From Limisphaerales bacterium (GTDB lineage Bacteria > Verrucomicrobiota > Verrucomicrobiia > Limisphaerales > JAYTXL01), in NCBI GenBank assembly GCA_046593035.1, contig JBKJSC010000097.1, positions 44,013-108,012 on the forward strand: a stretch of 64,000 nucleotides of DNA, given 5' to 3'. Positions 48,107-56,765 of the stretch are shown one piece after another. The notes beneath the pieces were generated by a model, which saw only the letters and a list, made by a program, of their open reading frames with translations, did no database searches and was not told where the DNA came from. The translations under genes were made by a program, and so were the position numbers. Numbering within the stretch: position 1 is the stretch's first letter; every line of letters starts with the position of its first letter.

Positions 48107-49525
48107 TCAAACCGCCTTGCCCGCCGCTTTCATCCGCTTGGCGCGCTGGCCCAAGGCGTCGTAGGTGGCGTATTTGTAAATCTCCGTCAGCGTCGGGTAG
48201 TTGAAACAAGTCTGGATAAACAAATCCGCGCCGGCCTGCATCAACAGCGCCGTCAAGCCCACATGCACGAGTTCGCTGGCCTGTTCGCCGATCACATGCA
48301 CGCCCAGCAGCCGCATGTCTTCCTCGTGAAAGATGAGTTTGATGAAGCCGTCTTTGTCGCCGATGATTTGTCCGCGCGCATTCGAGCTGTAACGCGCCCG
48401 GCCCACCACGTACGGAATGTTCTTCTTCGTAAGGTTCTCCTCCGTCTCGCCCGCCATGGAGCATTCGGGAATGGTGTAGATGCCGTACGGAAGAATATGC
48501 GCGAGTTGGTTTTTGTATTTCAGATCGAAGGCGTGAACCATCGCCACGCGCGCTTGTTCCATCGAAGTCGAGGCCAGCGCCGGGAAACCCACGACATCGC
48601 CGACCGCGTAAATGTGGGGCACGCTGGTCTGGTAATGTTCGTTGACTTCGAGGTTCCCCCGCGGGCTGGGCTGGACGCCGACTTTCTCGAGGCCGAGGTT
48701 GGCTGTGTTGCCCGTGCGGCCCGTCGCGGCGAGAATCGTGTGCATCGCGAGCGTTTTGCCCGACTTCAAACGGACGGCGAAGGTTTCCTCCGCTTTAATC
48801 GATTCGATGGCATCAGGCATCAGCATTTCGATGCCCATCGCTCTCATGTTATCGGTCAGCACCTGCACCACTTCCACGTCCATGAAACCGAGCAGGCGGT
48901 CGCGGCCCTCGACGAGGCTGACCTTGATGCCGAGCGCGGAGAACATGCAGGCGTATTCACAGCCGATCACGCCGCCGCCAGCGATCAGCATCGTCGGCGG
49001 AATGTCGCGCAGGTTCAAAATGGTGTCCGAGTCATACACACGCGCATCGTGAAACGGAATTGTCGCCGGATGATGCGGATGCGAACCGGTGGCGATAAGG
49101 ATGACCTCGCCTTTGATGTGCGCCGTCGGCGAATGGCTCGGCGTGATGGCGATGGTGTGGGCATCGGCGAACGCCGCCACGCCGCTGTAAAGGTCCACCT
49201 TGTGGCGCTTCAAGTTTTCGGCGATGCGCGCCCGCTCGCTTTGCACCACGAGCCGTTCGCGGTAAAGGAAATCGCGCGCCGTCACCTTGTCTTTGAGATT
49301 GAAACTGATGCCGTACAGTCCGCGCTGCTTGAAGCCGGAGAGGTAAAGCGCGGATTCGCGCAGCGTCTTGGACGGGAGCGTGCCGGTGTTGGCCGCCGCG
49401 CCGCCCAGCACCGGTTCCTTTTCGATGAGCGCGACTTTCTTGCCGAAATAAGCCGCCTGTGCCGCGCCCTTTTCCCCGGCGGGGCCGGAGCCGATGACGA
49501 TCAAATCGTATTTCTTTTCTTCCAT
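48107..49525 (-). CDS. sthA: soluble pyridine nucleotide transhydrogenase-like flavoprotein
   Basis: YDLIVIGSGPAGE, GGAAANTGTLPSK (no redox disulfide, as in SthA), second Rossmann GGGVIGCEYA, C-terminal dimerisation domain. Confidence 0.85.
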   Translation of the reverse strand: MEEKKYDLIVIGSGPAGEKGAAQAAYFGKKVALIEKEPVLGGAAANTGTLPSKTLRESALYLSGFKQRGLYGISFNLKDKVTARDFLYRERLVVQSERARIAENLKRHKVDLYSGVAAFADAHTIAITPSHSPTAHIKGEVILIATGSHPHHPATIPFHDARVYDSDTILNLRDIPPTMLIAGGGVIGCEYACMFSALGIKVSLVEGRDRLLGFMDVEVVQVLTDNMRAMGIEMLMPDAIESIKAEETFAVRLKSGKTLAMHTILAATGRTGNTANLGLEKVGVQPSPRGNLEVNEHYQTSVPHIYAVGDVVGFPALASTSMEQARVAMVHAFDLKYKNQLAHILPYGIYTIPECSMAGETEENLTKKNIPYVVGRARYSSNARGQIIGDKDGFIKLIFHEEDMRLLGVHVIGEQASELVHVGLTALLMQAGADLFIQTCFNYPTLTEIYKYATYDALGQRAKRMKAAGKAV

Positions 49526-49625
49526 AGCAACCGTGGGTTGGTGGGACGGCGTTGTTGCCCGGCTTGATTGAATACGGATGATAACGCGCGGCGGCGGCGG
49601 GGCAATATTAAAAAGTCCGCGCGGC

Positions 49626-49685
49626 GTTGGAGTTCATGCTTTAGCATGATGGCCGTCCGGAACAGCCTGAAGGCTGAACTCCAAC
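49626..49685. repeat. 60-nt nested-hairpin intergenic repeat
   Basis: GTTGGAGTTCA-[ATGC TTTA GCAT]-spacer-[GCC TGAA GGC]-TGAACTCCAAC, with perfect 11-bp outer arms. A homologous copy lies inside mfd at 53709-53763. Confidence 0.65.
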
Positions 49686-49780
49686 AGATTCGCTCGACCC
49701 ACTAAAATGCCTCGCGTAATGCAACCTCACCGGCAAAGTTTTCGCTTGTCGGGCTTTGGTTCCAACGCAATCGTGACGCC

Positions 49781-50542
49781 GTGAGTTCCCACAAAATCAC
49801 GCCCGCCACCCTGCGCGCCATGAAACAACGCGGCGACAAAATCGCGGCGTTGACGGCCTACGATTTTGCCATGGCGAAGCTGCTCGACGAGGCGGGTGTC
49901 CCGGTGATCCTCGTCGGTGATTCGCTCGGCATGGTGACGCTCGGCTATCCCGACACGACGCACGTGACGATGGCCGACATGGAGCACCACGCTCGCGCCG
50001 CGGCCCGGGCCAAGCCGCGCGCGCTGCTGGGCGGTGATCTGCCGTATCACAGCTACGAGACGCCGGAACAAGCGGTGGCCAACGCGCGACGTTTGATCAT
50101 GGCGGGCGCGGAGTTCGTGAAGGCCGAGGGTGGACGCGAAATCCTGCCACAGGTGCGCGCAATCCTCGCGGCGGACATCCCGTTCATGGGACACCTCGGC
50201 ATGTTGCCGCAGCATATCTTGGAAGAAGGCAAATACCGCATCAAAGGCCGTGACGACGCGGGCCGGGCGAAGCTGCTGGCGGACGCGGCGGCGTTGGCGG
50301 AGGCCGGAGCGTTTGCCATCGTGTTGGAACTGGTCACGCCGCCGGTCGCGAAGGAGATTTCACAAAGCATTTCCATTCCCACCCTCGGCATCGGTTCGGG
50401 GCCGGATTGCGACGGGCAGATTTTGGTCACGAACGATTTGCTCGGCACGTTTCCGTGGTTCACGCCGAAGTTCGTGCAGCCGAAACTGAATGCCGCCGAA
50501 CTGATGAAGGCGGCGGTGACGGAATGGACGAAGACAATTTGA
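49781..50542 (+). CDS. panB: 3-methyl-2-oxobutanoate hydroxymethyltransferase
   Basis: GTG start. LTAYDF..A...D.AGV..ILVGDSLGMV..G, and GAFAIVLE. Confidence 0.95.
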   Translation: MSSHKITPATLRAMKQRGDKIAALTAYDFAMAKLLDEAGVPVILVGDSLGMVTLGYPDTTHVTMADMEHHARAAARAKPRALLGGDLPYHSYETPEQAVANARRLIMAGAEFVKAEGGREILPQVRAILAADIPFMGHLGMLPQHILEEGKYRIKGRDDAGRAKLLADAAALAEAGAFAIVLELVTPPVAKEISQSISIPTLGIGSGPDCDGQILVTNDLLGTFPWFTPKFVQPKLNAAELMKAAVTEWTKTI

Positions 50543-50570
50543 TTTAACCACCAAGGCCCAAAGGCAGTTC

Positions 50571-51029
50571 ATGAAAAAACTCTCCCATCTCGACGCCCAC
50601 GGCGAAGCCAGCATGGTCGATGTCTCGGCCAAGCCGGTGATGCAGCGCGAGGCCGTGGCGCGCGGCGAAATCCGTTTGCAACGCGCCACGCTGCGACTGA
50701 TCGAATCGCACACCATCGCCAAAGGCAACGTGCTGGCCACCGCGCGGTTGGCGGGCATTCTCGCCGCGAAAAAGACCGGCGAACTCATCCCGCTGTGCCA
50801 TCCACTGCCGATCACACATTGCGAAGTGCAATTTGAAATTCCAAAGTCGCAGGATCGCATCGTCATCACAGCGTCGGCGAAGATCACGGCGCAAACCGGC
50901 GTCGAAATGGAGGCGCTCACCGCCGTCACCGTGGCGGCACTGACGATTTACGACATGTGCAAGGCGGTGGACAAAGCCATGGTCATCGGACGTGTGAAGC
51001 TCCTGTCGAAAACGAAACGTCCGTTTTAA
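50571..51029 (+). CDS. moaC: cyclic pyranopterin monophosphate synthase
   Basis: MVDVS.K..T.R.A.A...I.., KGNVLATARLAGI.AAKKT.ELIPLCHPL. Confidence 0.95.
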   Translation: MKKLSHLDAHGEASMVDVSAKPVMQREAVARGEIRLQRATLRLIESHTIAKGNVLATARLAGILAAKKTGELIPLCHPLPITHCEVQFEIPKSQDRIVITASAKITAQTGVEMEALTAVTVAALTIYDMCKAVDKAMVIGRVKLLSKTKRPF

Positions 51030-51048
51030 TCACAACTGCCGCGACCAT

Positions 51049-54000
51049 TTACAACGCCAGCAGCAGCTTCTTAATTTCGTTCAGCCGCGCCTTGGCTTCC
51101 CTCTTCACTAACCGGGGAAACTTGCCGCCGAGCGTAAGAAAATCGCCTTGGCGCGTGATCATCAACTTGTCCTCCTTGGTTTCCACCGCTGAGATCGCGC
51201 GGTCGGCGGCGAGAATTTTCAATTCACCCGCCAGCAACAACAGTTCAACCGGTGGCGGCAACGGGCCGAAGCGGTCACGCAACTCGGCGCGCAGCGTGTC
51301 CACGCCCGCCTTGTCCGTTGCCTGCGCCAGCTTGCGATACACTTCGATGCGATGTTGCGGCTCGCGGATGTAGGCGTGTGAAATGTAGGCGGCAACCCTG
51401 CCAATTGCCGATGGCGAATTGCCGATTGCTGGTTGGGAATCTAAGTCCGGTTCGTTGCCGATGTACGTCATCACTTCGCGCGGCACGTTGACCGATGGTT
51501 TCTCCGGATTTGAACTCCGAACTTTGGACTCTGAACTCTGAACGCTCGTTTCCTCCCCCGGATTGAGCGCGAGAAAATCCAGCCGCATTTCCACCTCGAC
51601 ACGATGCTTCACCTTCTCGCCCTTGAGCGACGCGACGCTTTGCTTGAGCAACTGGCAATACAGATCGAAGCCCACCGCCGTGATGTGGCCGCTTTGCTGC
51701 GAGCCAAGCAGGTTGCCCGCGCCGCGAATCTCCAGATCGCGCATGGCAATTTTGAAGCCACTGCCCAGTGTCGAATACTGCTTGATCGCGCTCATCCGTT
51801 TGCGCACGTCGGCGAGCAGACTGGCGTGGCGCGGCAATAGGAGATAAGCGTGCGCCTGGTGTTTGTAGCGGCCCACCCGCCCGCGCAACTGGTAAAGCTC
51901 GCTCAAGCCAAAGCGATCGGCGCGATCAATGATGATCGTGTTCGCGTTCGGAATATCCAGCCCGCTCTCGATGATGCTGGTCGAAAGCAGCACGTCGGCG
52001 TCGCCGTTCACGAACTTCGTCATCACTTCCTCCAAGTCGTCCGCGTGCATCTGGCCGTGACCAACGACAACGCGAGCTTTCGGCACAAGCTTGGCAAGCG
52101 TTTGTTTCATCGCGTCAATCGTCAGCACGCGGTTGTGCAGAAAATATACCTGGCCGCCACGATTCAATTCGCGCTGGATGGCATCGCGAATCAACCGCTC
52201 GTCGTAATGCGTGACGATCGTTTCCACTGGCAAACGGTCGTGCGGCGGCGTTTGAATCGTGCTCATGTCGCGTGCGCCCGTCAGCGCGAGGTAAAGCGTA
52301 CGCGGAATCGGCGTGGCGCTGAGGGTGAGCACATCGACGAGTTTGCGAAGCTGCTTGAAGCGTTCCTTGTGCAACACGCCGAAGCGTTGCTCCTCGTCCA
52401 CGACGACGAGGCCGAGGTCTTTGAACGCGATGTCCGCCTGCACCAGCCGGTGCGTGCCGATGACGATGTCCACCGCGCCCACCGCGAGGTCGCCGATGAC
52501 TTTCGTTTGCTCGCGTCGCGTACGAAAACGTGAGAGCAACTCGACGCGCACTGGATAATCCGCCATGCGCTCGCGAAACGTGTTGAAGTGTTGCTGCGCG
52601 AGAATGGTTGTCGGCACCAGAATGGCGACTTGCTTGCCACCCATCACGGCCTTGAACGCCGCGCGGATGGCGACCTCCGTTTTACCGTAGCCCACGTCCC
52701 CGCAGATGAGGCGGTCCATCGGCTTGGGCGCTTCCAAATCATTTTTGGTTTCGAGAATCGCGCGCGCTTGATCGAAGGTTTCCTCGTAGATAAACGAGCC
52801 TTCAAACTCCCGCTGCCACGGCGTGTCCGCGCCGAACGCGTGGCCGGCCTGCGCCGCGCGCGCGGCCTGGATGTGGAGCAATTCCGCCGCGAGATCGCGC
52901 ACGGATTTTTCCGCGTGCGCCTTGGCCTTCGCCCAACGCCCGCCGCCTAATGTGTTGAGCGGCGGACGCGCCTTACCCGCACCGACGTATTTGCTGATGA
53001 GGTGCGATTCGGTGAGCGGCACGTAGAGCTTCGGCGGTGATTGCCCGAAATCGTGCGCCGCGTACTCGATGACGAGGCATTCCTGGCCAGAGTCGGGTTT
53101 GGGGTCTGGCGTCTCGGGTCTCGTACTTGGCGAAGCCAGCGGCAATATTTTTAACCCGCAGTACCGCCCGATGCCGTGCTGCAAATGGACAACGTAATCG
53201 CCTTCCGCCAAATCCGCGAAATCGATGTCCAGCGCCGAGCGCGCGGCGACGGCATGAGGCGACTTGAGCCGGCGCGGGCGTTGCACCTTGTAGCGTCCGA
53301 AGATTTCGGCGTCGGTGATGATGACCAGCTTCGCTTCCTCGCACAAAAACCCGCGCGCGAGCGAGCCGATTCGGCTCTGGGGTTTGGTGGCTGGAACCTG
53401 GGGTCTGGGGTCTGGCGTCTGGCGTCTGGGAGGGCGCGCTTCCTGCCCCAAACGCGAGACGCCAGACCCTGGACCCAATTCTGCAACTCCCAGTTCCATC
53501 TCCTTCCAAATTTCCTCGAACCGCTGCCGCTCGCCGTCAGTGTTGCAGAAGACATGGACCGCGAAGCCCTGCCGCAACCAGCGATGCAGTTGCGCGAAAA
53601 ACTCACGCCGTTGCGCCTCGGCGATTTGCGGCTCCAACGCGCGCTCGCCCAACGGACGAAAAGCGTCGAGCGAACTGAACCACCGAGCGCCGAGCCACGG
53701 CTCTGCTGGTTGGAGTTCACGCTTTAGCGTGTCCTCCAAACAAGCTGAAGCTTGAACTCCAGCCTCGCCGTCACTCACTTCGATGGTCGTCATCTCTCGA
53801 GTCCGGAGTTGCTCGCGAAACTCCGGCCACGGAACGAAGAACGGATCGCCCTCCGGCACTTGTGCGGCGTAGGCTTCGGCCTGCGCCGCGACCGAGTCCG
53901 GCTCGCAGAGCAGAAAGATGGTTTCCGCCGGCAGGTGGTCGAGCAGAGTTGCCAAAGGAGCGCGGTCTTCAGGCCGCTTCAACGCTCGTTCTCCGAGCAA

Positions 54001-54885
54001 CGACGCAAGACCTGACGCCTGTTCATCTTTGGGCGGCGAAGCGGCTTGAAGGCCGCGCTCCGCCTCGCGTTTCAAAATTCCAAGTTCGCCCGCTGGCGGC
54101 AGCGTCACGACGGATATCTCTTCACGTGAGATTTGTGTCAGCGGGTCGAAATGACGGAGCGATTCCAATTCGTTGCCAAAGAACTCCAAACGCACCGGCC
54201 ACGGACTCGTGAGCGGAAACACGTCAAGGATGCCGCCACGCAAAGCGATCTCGCCCTTCTGCGTCACCTGCGCTTCCGGTTCGTAGCCTTGTTCCTCCAG
54301 CCACTCGACGAGATCAAGCGGTTCTTGGCGGTCGCCGCGCCGCAGTGTGCGGGTGCGCGCCGCGATGGCGCCGGGCGCGAAGGTGCGCTGAACCAAGGCG
54401 ATAACGGAAGTGACGATGATGGGAGATGGCAAATGGGAGTTGGCCGATCGGGAAGACAAAACGACGAGTGTTTCCAACCGTTCACTGATGACGTCGGCAT
54501 GCGGGAGCTTCGATTCGTGCGGGAGAATTTCCCAAGCAGGGAAGAACAAGGGGCGAGGTGGGAGAGGCGAGGTGAGAGCCGTTGAGCATTCGGTTCGCCC
54601 CTCTGCCCTCTCAACTCGCCCTTCACCCAGCCACGTCTCGATATCTTGCTGGAAGCTTTCCTGCGTCTTGAGTCCTTCGGTAACAACAACGATGGGCCGC
54701 CGGGGAAAAAGCCGTTGCAACAGCACGGCGAGAAACGGCTGGGCCGCGGCGCAAACGCCGCCGCACGACCATGCGCCGCCCGCCTCCACGCGCCGTTGCA
54801 GAGCCTGCACGGCGGGAGTTTGAACGGCTGCGGCGAAGGGATCGCCCTTCGCCGGCGGAGTTTTCACGGACGCCAAACAGGCCAA
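51049..54885 (-). CDS. mfd: transcription-repair coupling factor (1278 aa) carrying multiple in-frame repeat-derived inserts
   Basis: RID block [11 protein letters not shown]...KLYVP...LISKY. Helicase motifs [40 protein letters not shown] and D7 regions are present. The start is uncertain (TTG 54885 or GTG 54867; no ATG). Confidence 0.95.
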   Translation of the reverse strand: MACLASVKTPPAKGDPFAAAVQTPAVQALQRRVEAGGAWSCGGVCAAAQPFLAVLLQRLFPRRPIVVVTEGLKTQESFQQDIETWLGEGRVERAEGRTECSTALTSPLPPRPLFFPAWEILPHESKLPHADVISERLETLVVLSSRSANSHLPSPIIVTSVIALVQRTFAPGAIAARTRTLRRGDRQEPLDLVEWLEEQGYEPEAQVTQKGEIALRGGILDVFPLTSPWPVRLEFFGNELESLRHFDPLTQISREEISVVTLPPAGELGILKREAERGLQAASPPKDEQASGLASLLGERALKRPEDRAPLATLLDHLPAETIFLLCEPDSVAAQAEAYAAQVPEGDPFFVPWPEFREQLRTREMTTIEVSDGEAGVQASACLEDTLKRELQPAEPWLGARWFSSLDAFRPLGERALEPQIAEAQRREFFAQLHRWLRQGFAVHVFCNTDGERQRFEEIWKEMELGVAELGPGSGVSRLGQEARPPRRQTPDPRPQVPATKPQSRIGSLARGFLCEEAKLVIITDAEIFGRYKVQRPRRLKSPHAVAARSALDIDFADLAEGDYVVHLQHGIGRYCGLKILPLASPSTRPETPDPKPDSGQECLVIEYAAHDFGQSPPKLYVPLTESHLISKYVGAGKARPPLNTLGGGRWAKAKAHAEKSVRDLAAELLHIQAARAAQAGHAFGADTPWQREFEGSFIYEETFDQARAILETKNDLEAPKPMDRLICGDVGYGKTEVAIRAAFKAVMGGKQVAILVPTTILAQQHFNTFRERMADYPVRVELLSRFRTRREQTKVIGDLAVGAVDIVIGTHRLVQADIAFKDLGLVVVDEEQRFGVLHKERFKQLRKLVDVLTLSATPIPRTLYLALTGARDMSTIQTPPHDRLPVETIVTHYDERLIRDAIQRELNRGGQVYFLHNRVLTIDAMKQTLAKLVPKARVVVGHGQMHADDLEEVMTKFVNGDADVLLSTSIIESGLDIPNANTIIIDRADRFGLSELYQLRGRVGRYKHQAHAYLLLPRHASLLADVRKRMSAIKQYSTLGSGFKIAMRDLEIRGAGNLLGSQQSGHITAVGFDLYCQLLKQSVASLKGEKVKHRVEVEMRLDFLALNPGEETSVQSSESKVRSSNPEKPSVNVPREVMTYIGNEPDLDSQPAIGNSPSAIGRVAAYISHAYIREPQHRIEVYRKLAQATDKAGVDTLRAELRDRFGPLPPPVELLLLAGELKILAADRAISAVETKEDKLMITRQGDFLTLGGKFPRLVKREAKARLNEIKKLLLAL
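53401..53476. repeat. intragenic palindromic repeat in mfd
   Basis: Arms GGGTCTGGGGTCTGGCGTCT (53401-53420) and AGACGCCAGACCCTGGACCC (53457-53476) are 18/20 complementary. The 14-mer GGGGTCTGGCGTCT recurs at 53101-53114. Confidence 0.6.
53709..53763. repeat. intragenic copy (in mfd) of the 49626-49685 nested-hairpin repeat
   Basis: GTTGGAGTTCA-[CACGC TTTA GCGTG]-spacer-[AAGC TGAA GCTT]-TGAACTCCAGC. It is translated in frame as [17 protein letters not shown]. Confidence 0.65.
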
Positions 54886-54973
54886 AGCTCGCAGCCGCAG
54901 TGCGGCGCGTCAAGCTGCGGAGCAGCGAGCTTTCGGATGACACGCTGCGCGAATTCATGCTTCAATCGGCGCG

Positions 54974-55675
54974 ATGCGAAATCCTATCATCGTCGCGCTG
55001 GATGTTCCCCTCCTGGATGCCGCGCTGAAACTGGCGGAGCAACTCGCGCCCGTGGTCGGCGCTTTCAAGATCGGCAAGGAGTTGTTCACCAGCGCCGGGC
55101 CGGAAGTGGTGCGGCGCATCCGCAGCACGGGTGCGGCGGTGTTTCTCGACCTGAAATTTCACGACATCCCGAACACGGTGGCCAAAGCGGTTGAAGCGGC
55201 GGTGCAGCTCGACGTACAGATGCTCACCGTCCACGCGAGCGGCGGTTCCGCCATGATGCGGGCGGCAGAGCAGGCGGCGCAGGAAAGCGCGCAGAAACTG
55301 GGACGACCCACGCCGTTGGTGCTCGGCGTGACGGTGTTGACGAGCATGGACACCAACGATCTCGCTGAGATTGGCGTCGAGGCGAACGTCGCGAAACAAG
55401 TCGAACGGCTGGCCATGCTCGCGGCGAAAGCCGGGCTGCGCGGACTGGTTTGTTCTCCGTTGGAAATCACGTCGCTGCGCCAGCTCATTCCATCCACGAT
55501 GCAACTGGTCACGCCCGGCATCCGCCCCGCCGCGAGCCAGGTGGACGACCAGAAGCGCACGCTGACGCCGCAGGAAGCGCTCGCCGCCGGAGCGAACTGG
55601 CTAGTGATCGGCCGCCCCATTTACGCAGCGGAAAACCCGCGCGCGGCGGCGGAAAAGATTCTTGCTTCGCTGTAA
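54974..55675 (+). CDS. pyrF: orotidine 5-prime-phosphate decarboxylase
   Basis: IIVALDV....A..L......FKIG.ELF...G, and FLDLKFHDIPNTV. Confidence 0.95.
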   Translation: MRNPIIVALDVPLLDAALKLAEQLAPVVGAFKIGKELFTSAGPEVVRRIRSTGAAVFLDLKFHDIPNTVAKAVEAAVQLDVQMLTVHASGGSAMMRAAEQAAQESAQKLGRPTPLVLGVTVLTSMDTNDLAEIGVEANVAKQVERLAMLAAKAGLRGLVCSPLEITSLRQLIPSTMQLVTPGIRPAASQVDDQKRTLTPQEALAAGANWLVIGRPIYAAENPRAAAEKILASL

Positions 55676-55899
55676 CGGCGTTCGCGCGACGCCCACGCAT
55701 TGCTTCACACACCGCCCTGCGGCAACCACACTCGTTATCATTGGAAGTGGAGGCATCAGGGCCGACCCGTAGCCACACAGGTCCCGCTTGAGGAACGCAC
55801 GGCAAGACGTTCCAGACTTCGATTTTCGCAACTACTGCCTTTCATCGGGAATTGGCATTACTGATTTACGGATGACTCCTTCACTGCTTTACTCTCCTG

Positions 55900-56382
55900 A
55901 TGCAAATTCAAACCGGCATCATCACTGTCAGCGACCGTGCGTCGAAGGGGCTTTATGACGATCTCGGTGGTCCGGCGCTGAAGAAAGCCGCCGAAGGCTA
56001 CGGCTGGACAGTTCTGGCCGATGCGCTCGTGCCGGATGAAAAGCGCGACATCCAGCGCGCCATTCGAGAGCAGATTGCGAAAGGCTGCGTGCTCATTCTC
56101 ACCACCGGCGGCACGGGTGTGGCGTTGCGCGATGTGACGCCCGAAGCAGTGCGTGAGATCGCCGTCCGCGAACTTCCGGGCTTCGGCGAGGTGATGCGCG
56201 CGGAGTCGATGAAGGTCACCAGGAACGCCATCCTCTCGCGCAATCTCGCGGCGGTCGTGGACACAGCGCTCGTCATTTGTCTTCCGGGGAAACCAAACGG
56301 GGCCGTCGAGTGTTTAAGCTTTGTGGTCGGCGCCATTCCGCATTGCGTAGAGGTGTTGCAGGAAGTGCCGACGAGTTGCTGA
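55900..56382 (+). CDS. molybdenum cofactor biosynthesis protein (MogA/MoaB family, molybdopterin adenylyltransferase-like)
   Basis: GIITVSDRAS.G.Y.D..G, ILTTGGTG...RDVTPEA, and PGKP. Confidence 0.85.
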   Translation: MQIQTGIITVSDRASKGLYDDLGGPALKKAAEGYGWTVLADALVPDEKRDIQRAIREQIAKGCVLILTTGGTGVALRDVTPEAVREIAVRELPGFGEVMRAESMKVTRNAILSRNLAAVVDTALVICLPGKPNGAVECLSFVVGAIPHCVEVLQEVPTSC

Positions 56383-56390
56383 AACGGATT

Positions 56391-56765
56391 ATGAAAACCC
56401 TTTTCACGGTTGGCCTGCTGCTCGCGCTCGCGTCGGCCGGATGCACCACCAAGAGCAAGGCTTTGGCGCAATCGCGCGGGGCGTTCATCGCGGGCCAGCA
56501 ACAGGGGTTCGCACAAGCGCAGGTACTGGCACCAGCCACGTCGGTCACGATCTTGGGTGACGTGCGCAATCGCACGGTGGAATGGGTCGAGGACTTGACG
56601 CTCACGCAGGCGATTGTGACCGCTGAATATCTTCATCCCCGCGATCCCAGCTTGATCACCATCACCCGGCAGGGCCGGAAATACGAAGTCAACCCGAAGC
56701 GATTGCTCAAAGGTTTGGAGGATCCGTATCTGGAACCGGGCGACGTGGTGGAACTACACCGGTAA
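56391..56765 (+). CDS. small lipoprotein with SLBB-like (soluble-ligand-binding beta-grasp) C-terminus
   Basis: Track ORF 56277-56765; the ATG at 56391 gives the MKTLFTVGLLLALASAGC lipobox. ...VTILGDVRN..VEW.EDLTLTQAI..A......GDVVEL resembles polysaccharide-export SLBB domains. Confidence 0.5.
   Translation: MKTLFTVGLLLALASAGCTTKSKALAQSRGAFIAGQQQGFAQAQVLAPATSVTILGDVRNRTVEWVEDLTLTQAIVTAEYLHPRDPSLITITRQGRKYEVNPKRLLKGLEDPYLEPGDVVELHR

Noticed and set aside
55676-55899. Possible Moco riboswitch upstream of the mogA/moaB-like gene
   Set aside because: I could not find the conserved Moco-motif core as I remember it (the CCUCCGAG and AAAGG-type blocks) on either strand. A covariance-model scan (Rfam MOCO_RNA_motif) would settle this.
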